From positions 372,001 to 436,000 of the forward strand of contig CBFDEM010000012.1 in NCBI GenBank assembly GCA_965603825.1: a stretch of 64,000 nt of DNA, in the 5' to 3' direction. The position numbers and the translations under genes are program-made. How positions within the stretch are numbered: the stretch's first letter is position 1; each line of letters begins with the position of its first letter. This document shows, piece by piece, positions 46,289-58,354 of the stretch. This DNA is from Blepharisma stoltei ATCC 30299 (Eukaryota > Protista > Ciliophora). The notes below the pieces were generated by a model, which worked only from the letters and a program-made list of their open reading frames with translations, was not told where the DNA came from and made no database searches.

Positions 46289-46299
46289 ATTAAATAATA

Positions 46300-47208
46300 A
46301 TGCTAAATTTCCATTTCTGCACAAGACGATTTGGCATAAGCTCTTTAATGTATTTATTTGAAGAGTCTATAATCGAAAGGTACCAAAGACTGCAACAGAA
46401 ACCTGAAGACACTTTTGGCTTGCCATGGACTTTTAAAGGAGAAAGCGAGAAACCAGCAAATTTTAGATATGCATGTGACCAGATGATAATAAGAAATGAA
46501 ATATCGGTGCCTAAACTAGTTACTGGGTTTTATCATGACTTTGAAAAAGTGTTAAAAGCAATTGGCAATAATGCTCTAAACGAAGTTGAAGACCTCTTGA
46601 ATCCAAGTCTATACAAGCATCTCGAAAGGACATTAGGAACTCTAAAGCAAAGTGGCAAAAGAGTTGAGCTGCACAAGACAAAGGACTTCCCTGATGAATC
46701 CGGAAGGCCAACCGTTAATGTTATTGATGCTGTACTATACAGAGGCCTTTCAGTCAACCGAGCTGAAAACCCTCCATTAGAATCTTTCCACGTTGCTAGC
46801 GACGTAGATCTAGGAATTTTTTGCTATACTCATAAAGATTTAAGTGATAGATTTGCCTATGTAAATCAAGCTAGGATGGAAGAGCTCCACGCCAAGAATA
46901 GAATGACTATCATACAGTGCTTAGCATGGATAAAATCCCCTTGGATGCTCAAAGTATTTGATGATAAAGGAGAGGTCAGCCAATACCCGTCAGACTATTC
47001 ATATGTGCAGCAGTGGATTTTTGAATCACAATGTGTGCAGCCACCTTGGATGAAAAGAGAGGATAAGCTAGAAAGCTATTTAGAGTGAATGACGAAATTT
47101 AAGCCTGACAAATGGGCCATTTCAGGCATGAATGACTATTTTGATCCTTTGACGAAATACTCTGAAGATTTCACAAAAAGTAGTAGTAATCCTAATTATC
47201 AGGAGTAA
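46300..47208 (+). CDS. Probable mitochondrial Tim44/Mba1-like domain protein (302 aa)
   Basis: Presequence-like MLNFHFCTRRF. C-terminal YVQQWIFES...W(TGA 47086)...KWAISGMND resembles the Tim44-like fold (tentative). Stop TAA 47206-47208. Confidence 0.65.
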
Positions 47209-47242
47209 TTTATCTTATATTTCATAAATTTTAACAGGAGAA

Positions 47243-49030
47243 ATGGAAAGGACAGCTTCGAAATTTCTAGCAAGAAGGCAAAAGCTCAAACAGCCCCAGC
47301 AAAATCGCATGGTTCAGCCCCCTCCACTACAAGATTTCCAAGTTGATGAAGATGATTTAGATAAATGAAGAGTCATCAATATGCAGTATCGGGCCTTATT
47401 TAAAAAAAAGCATGATACTTCTCAGGACAACCGTCCAATTTCTCCTATATCTTCTGACAGCAGTCCTGAAAAAGACAGAAAAATAACACAGCGAAAACTC
47501 CCCAAACTTCCGAATGAAAACGCAATTGGCAATAAACTCGACCAGCAATATCTAACAAAAAAGCTTAAAGAAATAGAAAACACTCAAACAGCTGTAGTTA
47601 CAAAGCCATCTTTGCATGAAAAATCAGTCCAAGATCTGCTAAATTTACTGCCTAAAGGTGGAACTTTACTAGAAGAAGCAGAAATCTTAATTTCAACTAA
47701 CAATGAAGTCATTGAGCAAGGCACAGAACAGTATGAAAATTTGCTGAGAAATGTCGTAGAAGAACTGCATTTAAAAGAAATTGAAGAAAACCAACAAGTT
47801 TGAAGCCAAAAAATCAACTCAATTTATGATGAAATTGAAAAAATAACTGCAAAAAATAATGAGCTGCAAGCATTACTGAGGAAGCACAGTATACAGACAC
47901 AGTCAGAGTCTGAAGAAAAGCATGAAATTATGACCATTTCTAATGATGTGAAGGACATGGAGATGAAATGCAGGCTTTCTAATGAAGAAAATCAGCTGTT
48001 AGAAGAAACTATAAATATGCTGAAAAATGATATCGCAGAATTATCTATTAAATTTCAAGAAAAAGAAGCACAATTGATGGAAGAGCTAAATGTTCTGCAC
48101 CATCGATTAACTTCTACTGAAAATGAACAGGTAGAAGAGCTTGCTAATGAATGTAAAAATATTGAAGAAGCTAATGAAAAATTAGAAAAAGAAATAAAAG
48201 AAGTTGAAAAAATGTGAAAAGGAGAGCATGAAAACTTGAAAGAAATTATAGAAGCCGCTGAGGATGGACATTCATTACTGAAACAAGAATTAGGGAATAT
48301 CAAAGAGTCAAAAAATAAACTTGAAAAAGAGCGGCAAGCTTTACAAGCAAAAAAAGCGAAGCTACAAAAGAGAAAAAATGAGTTTTATAATAAAAGCAAA
48401 GATGAAAACAAAGGAAACAGTTTTGTTGAAGCCAAAAATAAGCAAGCGCTTGTGCTGCATATTGATGGGCTTTTGACAGAAGCCTCCAGAAAAATAATGG
48501 ACACATTTTATGGCAGAGACACTAAAATTGAGCCGGAAAATTTATTAAAAAAATCCATGAAAAATTTATTTTTAAAGCCCAAAAACTTAGATTCAATAAG
48601 CCCAGAATTAAAATCAATTCGGGATACACTAGGATATTTAAAGGTAAATTATATATAGGACCAACATAATAAAAGCTTAGAAAATGTTCAAGAAGCTAAT
48701 ACAAAAAATATTGATAATATTACTAGTAGGATAGAAGACTTAAAGAAAGCTTCTCATAGTCTATCTAAGTCAATTGGATCTTTTTCAAATCTTTCTCCTA
48801 TAAGAATGGTTTCACCATTTAGAGAAAGTAGCTTATTATCAATCTCTAAACTAAAAGAAATTACAGGGAAAATTGATAGCAAAGCAAATTCTGTAAGGCT
48901 GGAAAGAAGTCCAAGTAATATTTCACAAGTTTCAAGAAGTTCAAGCGCTGTGAGGTCGGAAGACCCAGAAATTGAAAAAAGGAGAATGGAGCATAAGCTA
49001 TTTTTGGATAGAAGCAGATTGGGATTTTAA
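47243..49030 (+). CDS. Coiled-coil hypothetical protein (three TGA-Trp, one 15-nt intron)
   Basis: ATG 47243; four ORF fragments share one frame via TGA 47366, 47801, 48215 and intron 48644-48658. Confidence 0.75.
48644..48658 (+). other. 15-nt spliceosomal intron
   Basis: Sequence gtaaattatAtatag, phase 0. Retention ends in an in-frame TAG; coding sequence continues for about 120 codons after it. Confidence 0.85.
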
Positions 49031-49685
49031 TATGAAATTTTATAATTATTTCTTAATATTTCCCTTGTACTAATGTTAAAAACATACTATCATTGATTTC
49101 TTAAACAGAGCAAAGATACCTAAATATGCCGTATTCTAATCATGAATAATAAAATTGAACATTTAATTTTTATTAATTAAAAAAATTAAAAGGCCTCATA
49201 GCCAATCATGAATCGGCCATTTTATATTAATTATGCTAAAAATTAATAATTATTTTTACATACAATTTAATTATGTAATTGCAATTAATTCTAATTTAGC
49301 ATAATTGTTCAAACGGCGTAGCACTTCATTATTCATTAAGTATTCATTATTATAGCTGTGTGAATTATTTCAAGGCGTTTAAAAGAACTCTATAAAAAGC
49401 TCTCTAAATTTTTAGGTTTTTTTCCCATGGTGGAATTCAAATTCGCTGCATAAATAATTGGCGTTATAGCTTTTTCATATAAGTCGCATTTTATTTTTAT
49501 TTTAGATTAATAAAGATCGTTATATAGTGCTCAGCTTTAGCAGAATAAAGCTATTATATAAATAGTAAAATATAATTTAGGCATATACATTATCAAGCTC
49601 GATAATTTCCTTAAATTATAAATCTGTTTCTCATATTTTTTTAAAGCTGAAATAATAACTGATAGATATTTTTTAAAAGGTTGAA

Positions 49686-51218
49686 ATGAGAAACAAAAGA
49701 CTTTCAGTCACTACACGCGATCGCACACCCTTACAAAACACCACCCAAGACATTAAAAATCCGATTCTTGCTGAAAAAGAAAGCCTCTTATTCAGTTCAA
49801 TTCGAAAATCATCTGTAAACTTACAGCCGAATGAAAATTTTTTACCTAAGCATCAAAGACATAACTCGATGGAAATTTTGCCTCATCCAGTCTCTGCTTT
49901 TCCAGAGCCAATAGACCAGAGAAATAAAGGGCCTCATAAAAGATCAGGGAGTGAGCTAGGCTACATAATAATTCCATCAAGATCTCCATTTCCATCATCT
50001 CCTACCAATTATAAGCTAGGTCCTGGATACTATAATATATCTTTAAGTACCCTTTCTGGGCCTTCATTTCAGTTTTCAACGTTATCAAGGTTTATAGAAA
50101 AAGATTCTTATTTATTCCTGCCAGCCCTTCATAAACAGATTGGCGAAGAAGGCAATAAAAAAGAAAAATTCAAAGAAATTGTAAGGGATAACAAAAATAT
50201 GATGAAATATTTACCTGAAAACAGAATAAAGACTATTAGAGAGAGAGCCGGGGCGGAGTCTACAAGAATTGTTGAAACGATACAGAAAAAGCATGAAATT
50301 TTACTTAATAAAAAATTAGAAAAAATTTTGAATTTCGAAAGCAAGCAAAGGAGATTTGAATTTAAATTAAAAAAATGTGAAGTCTCCAAGATTTTTCGAG
50401 CATGGATTACTATGGATGCTGCCTTCGGTTGAGCTACAGACATTCATGAAAAATTTCTTTACCGAAAAGATCTACACGAAAGGTCTCAAGGCGTATTAAA
50501 AAAATTGATGATTCTTTGTATGTCAATAGGAAAGTTCAAAAGACTTGTGAAAAAAATAAGGACAGCCAGAGCTATAAGGACTTTCAAAAGATTGCATACT
50601 CCTGCTATAAAATGGGCTGCAGGAATGAAAAAAAAGTACAGACAAGGGATATGTGAGCTAACAGAAAGGGCGTTATCCAAAGACGTGATGTTCAATCTGA
50701 TGGCTGCTTTTATAAGGACTGTTATTTTTATACAAAGAACAATGAGAGTTGTAGTAAAGCAAAGACAGCAAGGGCTTATCATAAAACAATTATTATGAAA
50801 TAAAGTTGAATATAGAATGTATATAGAACATTGCGTGAAAAAGCATACTTTACCTAAAAGCGAGCTTGATAAAAGAATCAGTTTTAATGCAGTTCAAGGT
50901 CACTCTTCAATTCCTGAGCTTGTAAAAGATTTTGTTATAAAGACAAACATAAAATTAAGAAGAGATGCCTATATAGAACAATTGAAGACTTATAATAGCA
51001 TGTGCAAAGGACTGAGGGACGAATACGAAAAAACTCGATATAAAAGAGAAGCTGACGCAGCCCTTAATAATACAAAAATCCAAGAATTAAAATTACCGCC
51101 TAAACCACAGCCAAATTATGTGTTTAGTGAGCAGGAATTTAGAAAAATGATTAATGAGACAGAACAGAAAAGAGGAGAGTGGGAAGAAATTATAAAAAAG
51201 CAAACTGAAAATAAATAA
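49686..51218 (+). CDS. Hypothetical basic protein (510 aa) with one GPG.Y (STPG/SHIPPO-like) motif and an IQ-like motif
   Basis: Three ORFs share one frame, joined by TGA 50430 and 50796. Motifs LGPGYYNI...GPSFQF and VIFIQRTMR. Confidence 0.7.
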
Positions 51219-51462
51219 ATTGGCATGATTGTAATAGTGCTATATATTATAATAATTCAACATTTTAGCTTGCATAATTAAAAAATTATTAGAGAGCAAA
51301 TTAGAGTGCTAGTTTATATATAATGCACAATACCACGAATTAAACCATAAAATTTACCCAGCCCTCTGCTATTTTACTAAATTATTTGCCCATAAAGAGA
51401 TCTTTTTTCCCTTATTTTTGCAATAACCTTATCCCATTATTTTAATTAATATGTTTTTAAAA

Positions 51463-54270
51463 TTATGATTTAAGCTCTAATTCACTATAGCGAGATGATG
51501 GAACTCTTGATGAGCTTTGACAGCTTTCTTTTACAGACGCTCTAGTAGTAATTGTAGCTAGCCCTTTCTCATAAACTTCGCTCTGAATTTCTTTGAAAAG
51601 ATCATAATTATTACTTTCAAGCGTATCAAGCACCTCAGAGATATAAGTTCTGTAATTATTAGCAAGCGCAATTAATTGCATCACTTTGTCAGTTTTTTCT
51701 TTAATTTTCGGATCTTCAAGTTTAATTCCGCACGCTTCGCTGATTTCAGGTGCTGGATCATCATGGAGATCGAGTAAGTTGCATTCATCTAATAAATTCC
51801 TATAAATCTTTATTCTTTCTTCAGTAAAAGATCTAGGATTTTGTGATAATAAAGAGCTCAATGTTAATTGGCATGTCATTATTTCGTCCTTATAATGTTT
51901 TTCTTTATCTAAAAGATCTTGTTCAAGCTTCTTGTTTTCTTCGCGATCTAGGCATCTAATATACTCTGTCATTAATTCTTCTTCGCCATCACTCTCACAT
52001 TTTTCTATACAATCTCTTAATAAGTCTCTTTTTAGAGCTAAAAATTCTATTTCTGGGTCACTTGCTCCATTTTTCAAATAATTTTTGGCTTCATTTATAG
52101 CGTCGTCTTTTGCAAATTCTTGGGCTTCTTCTTTTTTATAAACTTCAAAAATTTTTTGTACTTTTTCTATAGCTTGTTTTATTTCATTTTTTCCACTTGT
52201 TGGCTGAATTGTATGAGAAAATTCTACATCATAAGGGTCAGCTGCTTTCAACAGTCCATCAACTTCGAATTTAATTTTTGATTCCAACGGAGTCGATAAA
52301 GATTTTGTAGGAGAAATAAGGCCAAGACTATAAGAAGTTTCACTCGTTACTAGAGATTTTAAATTGAGCATGGATATACATCGAGACTGGCTTTTAATCC
52401 CAAATGGCTTCTTTCTTGGTCTTCTGACATAGATTTGTGATCTGATATCCATTTCATTTGGATGAACATTTTTTTCAACATAATTTTTCATATAAGCTTT
52501 TCTATATATTGGATAATTTTTTGATATATTGTCTAAATCAGTTTTGCTTAAAATGAACACTTCACATCTTTCAATGCATACGACATCCCCATATACTTCT
52601 TCAGGTTCTATTAAACTATCAGCAAAAAGACTAGCTCCAGGACCATAAACACGATCTAAATGCTGAAGTTTTCCTTTATAGACCACAATCATTTTTTCTA
52701 TATAAACCTCTGAATGGTGTATTATTGAACCTTCTTCAAACACGCTAAACTGGCTTGCATTAATTAAAGTCTCTATAAAAGTACTTGCAATATCCTTAAA
52801 AATATAAACATTTTTAAAATACCTTCTAATCTTAGCTAATTCATGAGAACTATCGGGCTCAAATTTAGTATTTTCATTTTTTCCTAACTTAATGTTATGC
52901 CTTAATGGCTCTTTTTTAATAGTTTCAGCATTTGTATCAGCATATCCATGCGCTGGTGATGTAAAATTTGTTGGAATTTCAGATGTTTTTATTTGTGGGT
53001 TGTCATTAATGAGAATCATTGGCTTTGATTTTTGGCCTTTTGTGGTATTATTTTTTTTGCGCAAAGTGGATTCTGGGGTTCTATCAAGGCTTAGAAAAGG
53101 TGTTGAAAAGAATTCATTATCTTTGTCAAAAACACGCCTAAAAGTTCCTTGCGCTCCTGCTACTTTTACGTAGTCTAAAACTACTAGCTTAGGAAGGAGA
53201 CTGGTGATTAACGGCTTGTAGCCTTTTTCATTAGAAATTGGGTTCCCTCTCAATATCAAGAATGAGAGTTTTGTATTGAATGACAGCTCTCGAATGCTCA
53301 TTAATGATGATAATAGATTATTTTCCAAATTCAGCCTCCTGATATCTTTTAGCAACTCTAAATTTTCAATAACTCTTATCTGATTTGATGCCAAATTCAA
53401 TTCCTGAAGGCTAAAATTCAAATTTAAATTCTCTACTTTTGCAATCCGGTTATTTGACAAATCTAAAACCCTCAACCTCGAACATTTATCAATGTTTTCT
53501 ATTTTTGTTAGATAGTTTCCTCTTAGACTTAATTTCAAAATTGATATAGGAATTCCTGTAATTTTTTCAATTTTATTGTCTGCTAAATTCAGGATTTTTG
53601 GGCTTGTGTTTTCAAGATATCTTGGGACTTGGACTATATTCTTGCATGAAAAGTCTAGGAGATCAGCTCCCTTATAGTCAATGGGGCTAATGCTTCTGCT
53701 AATAAAATTTGGAAATTCTGGCTGCACAAAATTGCTGCTCAAATCTTTATCTAAACTCTGATTAAATAGAACATCTTGATCTAAAATGAGATCACATGAA
53801 CTTTTAGCACTTCTAATTTTTTGATTTTCTTTAAAATCTCTCTGTGTGCTCTCTAAATTCAGCAAATTCTCTCCAAGATAAATCACCCATGATCTATCCT
53901 GTATAATTTCTGCTTTAGACACTTCATACCACAAATCATCAGATAAATCTTTATTTAGTTGCCCATTGCCGAGCCTGATGATTTTTAAAGCTGAGCCATC
54001 ACTTTCAATTAATTTCAGCAGAGCTGATATTGTTTCATTACCGATTGGGTTATTTGATAATATAAGTTCTTTAAAAAAACAATCCACTTTCAAGGCTTTT
54101 ACGACTACAGATAGATGCTGATCTGTTATATTGCAATTATCGAAATTCAAAATTCTGTTGTCTTCTTCATCATTTTGAGGCCAAATATCGTCATCAGGAG
54201 AAATCTCTTCCTGGGCGCAGATATGGGCGTAGTTTTCTTTTAAAATTTCTATAGCTGTAGACCTTTTCAT
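51463..54270 (-). CDS. Leucine-rich-repeat protein with a cyclic-nucleotide-binding-like domain (935 aa)
   Basis: RI-type LRRs (LILSNNPIGNE) and SDS22-type LRRs (LDLSNNRIAKVENL, LNLASNQIRVIENL) with an LRRcap. These are followed by a CNB-like segment: IFKDI...FEEGSII...MIVVYKGKL...YGPGASLF...CEVFILSKTDL. Confidence 0.8.
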   Translation of the reverse strand: MKRSTAIEILKENYAHICAQEEISPDDDIWPQNDEEDNRILNFDNCNITDQHLSVVVKALKVDCFFKELILSNNPIGNETISALLKLIESDGSALKIIRLGNGQLNKDLSDDLWYEVSKAEIIQDRSWVIYLGENLLNLESTQRDFKENQKIRSAKSSCDLILDQDVLFNQSLDKDLSSNFVQPEFPNFISRSISPIDYKGADLLDFSCKNIVQVPRYLENTSPKILNLADNKIEKITGIPISILKLSLRGNYLTKIENIDKCSRLRVLDLSNNRIAKVENLNLNFSLQELNLASNQIRVIENLELLKDIRRLNLENNLLSSLMSIRELSFNTKLSFLILRGNPISNEKGYKPLITSLLPKLVVLDYVKVAGAQGTFRRVFDKDNEFFSTPFLSLDRTPESTLRKKNNTTKGQKSKPMILINDNPQIKTSEIPTNFTSPAHGYADTNAETIKKEPLRHNIKLGKNENTKFEPDSSHELAKIRRYFKNVYIFKDIASTFIETLINASQFSVFEEGSIIHHSEVYIEKMIVVYKGKLQHLDRVYGPGASLFADSLIEPEEVYGDVVCIERCEVFILSKTDLDNISKNYPIYRKAYMKNYVEKNVHPNEMDIRSQIYVRRPRKKPFGIKSQSRCISMLNLKSLVTSETSYSLGLISPTKSLSTPLESKIKFEVDGLLKAADPYDVEFSHTIQPTSGKNEIKQAIEKVQKIFEVYKKEEAQEFAKDDAINEAKNYLKNGASDPEIEFLALKRDLLRDCIEKCESDGEEELMTEYIRCLDREENKKLEQDLLDKEKHYKDEIMTCQLTLSSLLSQNPRSFTEERIKIYRNLLDECNLLDLHDDPAPEISEACGIKLEDPKIKEKTDKVMQLIALANNYRTYISEVLDTLESNNYDLFKEIQSEVYEKGLATITTRASVKESCQSSSRVPSSRYSELELKS

Positions 54271-54283
54271 ATTATTATTAAAC

Positions 54284-56965
54284 TTATCCTACAACTCTAA
54301 AACTTATTGACGAGGCTTCTCTTACCATGTTCCCAACCATGCTTTCAGCAGCTCCAAATATCGGGTTAAAGCTTTTTCTAGGCTTTAATAGTGGGATTTC
54401 TTCTTTATCAGGAATTTCCTTGATAGTCAAGCATTTTCTTAAAAATGGATCATCACATACTGGATCTGGGTTTACTTTTTTATAAAAGTCTTCAATTTTA
54501 TTCTGTAAAGAATAAAATTTTACTCGGGCTTGATCTTTAGCAATAATAGCTTGACATAATTCTTTCGATAGATTTGCTATTATAATATCTGTAGGCTTTC
54601 CTCTTAAACTGTCAGGAGTTGCATGCTGTATTACATCATCGCCAGCGCCTAGTCTAATGACACTTTCTTCCCATATAATCCCTTTACGTTTTCCAGCAGT
54701 TTGCTCTTTTGCATATACAGATTCATGTGACAGGAGTCTGGTAAGGTTTTGGTCGTTTAATTCTGAATGGTTTACTCTTCCTAAGTAATATTTCCACATT
54801 TCTTTGCGAGTGCTTAAGATTTCTTTGAGTAAATTGTTAATTCGTTGGGCTTCGACTTCTAGACGATAACTTTCTCTGGCTTGGTCTGAGGGATTTATAG
54901 AGTTGTTTATTGGAGGCTCGGATATTGTTACGTGCTTTGGGGGGTCTACCGGACTGTGAAGTGCGCGCTTAGGAGATAAATCTTTTTCAGTGTGGGAGGA
55001 GCTTAAATCAGAAGAAAGAGAAGTAATGGATGGAACTATTTTTTGAGTTTTTGGACTAGAAAGGATTGCTGCAGGGGGCTTTGATTTGCGCTTAGCTTCA
55101 GCTGCTTGATAAAGTTTATAATAAAGAGAGCTTTCTTTAAATCTTTTAGCTAATTTTGCTACTTTAGCCTTATTTCCATTGAAAAGCTGTGTTATTACTT
55201 TGGCAATAAGAACTTTTCTGCATTTATAAGCTCTTCATAACTTTTGAATTTTCAGTGAAGCTTTTTTCATCCTTCTCATTCTTCTTCTCATAAGTCACCC
55301 TTTAATTCTGCTTTGGATTTTCGCTGCAGCTTTAATACTCATCAACTTTTTATTTGCAGCCTCAATTTCTCGTGCCTTAAAGTCAGGTGGATAATTCCAC
55401 TGTGACATATTATTTACACTTTTTTCAGGGATTTTACTAGAAGTTTTATAATAAATAATTCCTCCTTTTTTAAGCTTCTCTGGTGCTGCTTTGAATTTTG
55501 GTGGTAAATATCCTAATTTGATCATATACATATTAAATTCAGGCGACCCCATCTTATATGAAGTAGTTTTCAAGTATTTTTTGGGCTTATTAATATAGCT
55601 AATCCCGTACATTTTTTTCAGCATCACCTTAGTCTTAAACACTTCACGTTGGAATTCTTCCTGCCTTTTTCTCAGCTCAATCCTTTTTTCTTCTGCCCTC
55701 AACATCAATTTTTTATGAAGCTCAGCCGTAGCTCTTTGATAGGCAATTTTTCCAGATAAATAAGAATATCTTGCTTTATTGAGATCTTTCATGTCCACAT
55801 GAAGCTCAGATAGTATATGTGAAGCTAAAAAGCCTTTAGCTTTATCAAAAAATGCTTCGGATTCTTCTCAATTATAAATCATTTCAAAACCTTTCATAGC
55901 ATCTTCGAAATCTTTTATTTTTTCTATGTGGGTGCCGATTTTTTCTAATTTTGTGATATTTGTAGGTGAAAGGCCAGTTTTTTCTACTAGTTCTTGAATT
56001 CTTTTTTCTTCTAAGTCAATTTCGAAGGATTCATCTCTAATTGTAGTCTTTATATTGGAAATAGGGCCAATTTTGTGGGAGGATGGACTGCTTAAATCTA
56101 GCCCTGAAGCGTAATAATCTTTGCTTTGATAGTCCAGGTCATTAATGTAAGGAGATCTTTTATCATATTTTCAATCTTTTTCAAGCTTAGTTTTTTTCTC
56201 CGGTAGTTTTTTTTCTAATTCTCTAAATAACCTTGTCTTGGTCATCGAATTGAAACTATGAGTTTTTCTCAATAGGCTCCTAAAAGCTTGCTCATGCTCT
56301 TCAGTTCATTCGAATTTTTTTTCTTGCTTTTTGGCTATTAGTTTGTCAAGTGATTTCTTTGGGCTTGAAATAATTCTAAAAACTTCTTCAGGCTCATTTT
56401 GAGCTGTATCATAAAGTCTACTTGTTAGCTCTTTTGTGGAGTCATTATTTGGTGGACCTTTTATCGGTTTTTTATACATAAGCTGCATGAGCTCTCCAAG
56501 CCCTTTTCCAGGTGTTTTAGATTTTTTGATTTTTGCTGATTTTTTCCATTTTCGAAGCTCCATTGAGTTTTCTAAAGAAAGTGTCCCTTTTCGGGTGCTT
56601 TTTCTGGTTCCTGGTTTTCGTTTTATTACTTTTGGTTTTGTAAAAACTCTTTCACTTGGCTGAGTGCTAATATCTTCAGGTAAGGATTTTTTGACTTCTG
56701 CTAAATAAGACTGCAAAGTTTTTTGGCTTAATTTTGGTGAACTCAGCGTAGGGAACCGAAGATCAGTCGCGCTTATACTTTGTGAAACTGTAGTCGAAAA
56801 TGATGCTATTTTGTAATCGATGCTTTTTGGTGAAAATTTATCATCGTTATTTTCATTTTGCAGCGATTTTATAGGCTTTGAAACACTTTTTTCCCTTTTT
56901 GCTGAATTCAAGCTTGCTTTAGGTGAATATGATTTTCTAAGCCGATTATTTTTTTGTTGATTCAT
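54284..56965 (-). CDS. IQ-motif protein (893 aa, five TGA-Trp)
   Basis: One continuous frame, checked codon by codon from 56305 to 54799. IQ motifs AAAKIQSRIKGWLMRRR and ASLKIQKLWRAYKCRK both need TGA=Trp. Confidence 0.8.
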
Positions 56966-57093
56966 TTATTGTAATTTAAAACCATTTAATGTTAAACTCA
57001 AAAGCCATCAGATTTCCACTTACAAATTAAAATTAAATCCAAGCTCTTCTCTGAGCAAAATTTTCATAAATTCAATAAGAATTTTAATAGGGC

Positions 57094-57999
57094 ATGCAAG
57101 AAACTGACAAAGGTAAACGTAAAACTGTTATAGTTGGCGAAGTCGTTCGTGATGGAAAACCCCTTGATTTTTCATTCAAAAATATCAGAAACTTATCAGA
57201 CATCATCACAATGGAACCAAGATCAGGTGAAAGACTTCCAATCCTTCATGAAGAGCCAATAGAGGAGAAGAAAGAAATTTCCCAACACTTGCTGCCATCT
57301 CCTAGGCATGAAGCTCCACGTGCAGGGGAAAATGAAGAAATGGAAGAAGAAATCCCGAAGCAGACTAAACAAGCTGAACCTTTTAAACCTCCACAGCCTC
57401 CAGCGATCCAAAAAATTCTTGCAGAGCATACAACTTCAAAAGCAGCAGCAAATTCACATCATGGCCATGCAGACGAGCATACAAGTGCAATTGTTAAAAA
57501 AAAGAAAGTAAAAAACATGACAACAAGCCTAGTGCTTTCATATAACATTATTCCAGATCTAACAGGATTAATTGATATCATTACAAAAGTGATGAGAAAT
57601 CCTTTGAGCTTGAAATGGATTGATCTGAGTTATAATCATTTGACAACAATTTCTAAGGAGCTATGTGAACTGCCGCAGCTGATGTCACTTTATTTGCATT
57701 CAAATTATATTTCAGATATGAAAGAATTGCTAAATTTGCAGGATACTAATATTAAATCATTGACTTTATATGGAAATTCTATAGACCAGTTACCAGGCTA
57801 TAGGCTTTATACGATAACTTTGCTACCGCAATTAAAGAGGCTTGATAGCGTTTTGGTTACGAAATTAGAAATAGACAACTCTAAAGGGTTTTCTCACAAG
57901 ATTAATAAAAGAAGACTCCCTAAGGTTGAAAATCCCCCAGTACCTGTAGTGCCAAAAGACCCTAACGCAGAAGAAGAGGAACAAAAAGAAAATGCATAG
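57094..57999 (+). CDS. LRRC51: Leucine-rich repeat-containing protein 51-like
   Basis: PLDFSFKNI at the N-terminus, then LKWIDLSYNHLTTIS.EL...P.LMSLYLHSNYI...SLTLYGNSI...GYRLY....LPQLKRLD. Confidence 0.78.
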   Translation: MQETDKGKRKTVIVGEVVRDGKPLDFSFKNIRNLSDIITMEPRSGERLPILHEEPIEEKKEISQHLLPSPRHEAPRAGENEEMEEEIPKQTKQAEPFKPPQPPAIQKILAEHTTSKAAANSHHGHADEHTSAIVKKKKVKNMTTSLVLSYNIIPDLTGLIDIITKVMRNPLSLKWIDLSYNHLTTISKELCELPQLMSLYLHSNYISDMKELLNLQDTNIKSLTLYGNSIDQLPGYRLYTITLLPQLKRLDSVLVTKLEIDNSKGFSHKINKRRLPKVENPPVPVVPKDPNAEEEEQKENA

Positions 58000-58354
58000 A
58001 TATTAAGCTAAAAATAAAAAATAATTACAGTCATCTAATTTTTTTATTTTTTTTGCAATTAGAAATCTTTTGACTAATTATTGCTATCACCTAAAAAAAT
58101 TTATAATTGATTTTTATGCTAAGAATTAGACAATAGAAGGTTTTAGCCTTTCAATATGTAGCATTTTTTCATTGAGATGATTTTAATTATAAAAAATTAT
58201 TAATGGAATTTTTATATTTTATAAGTTTCGTATAATAATCCAATTATTTAGTTTCAATAAATATTTATAATAATCTGTTCGCTCTGAAAATCTATTGCGA
58301 TACTAATTGCTATTAATATAGTTCATAGGTTTCTCCTGCATTTAAAAGTGTAAT

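Noticed and set aside
49031-49685. 650-bp spacer with a few GC-containing patches as a possible ncRNA
   Set aside because: No recognisable tRNA, snRNA or snoRNA motifs or stable stems were found by eye. An Rfam scan would be needed.
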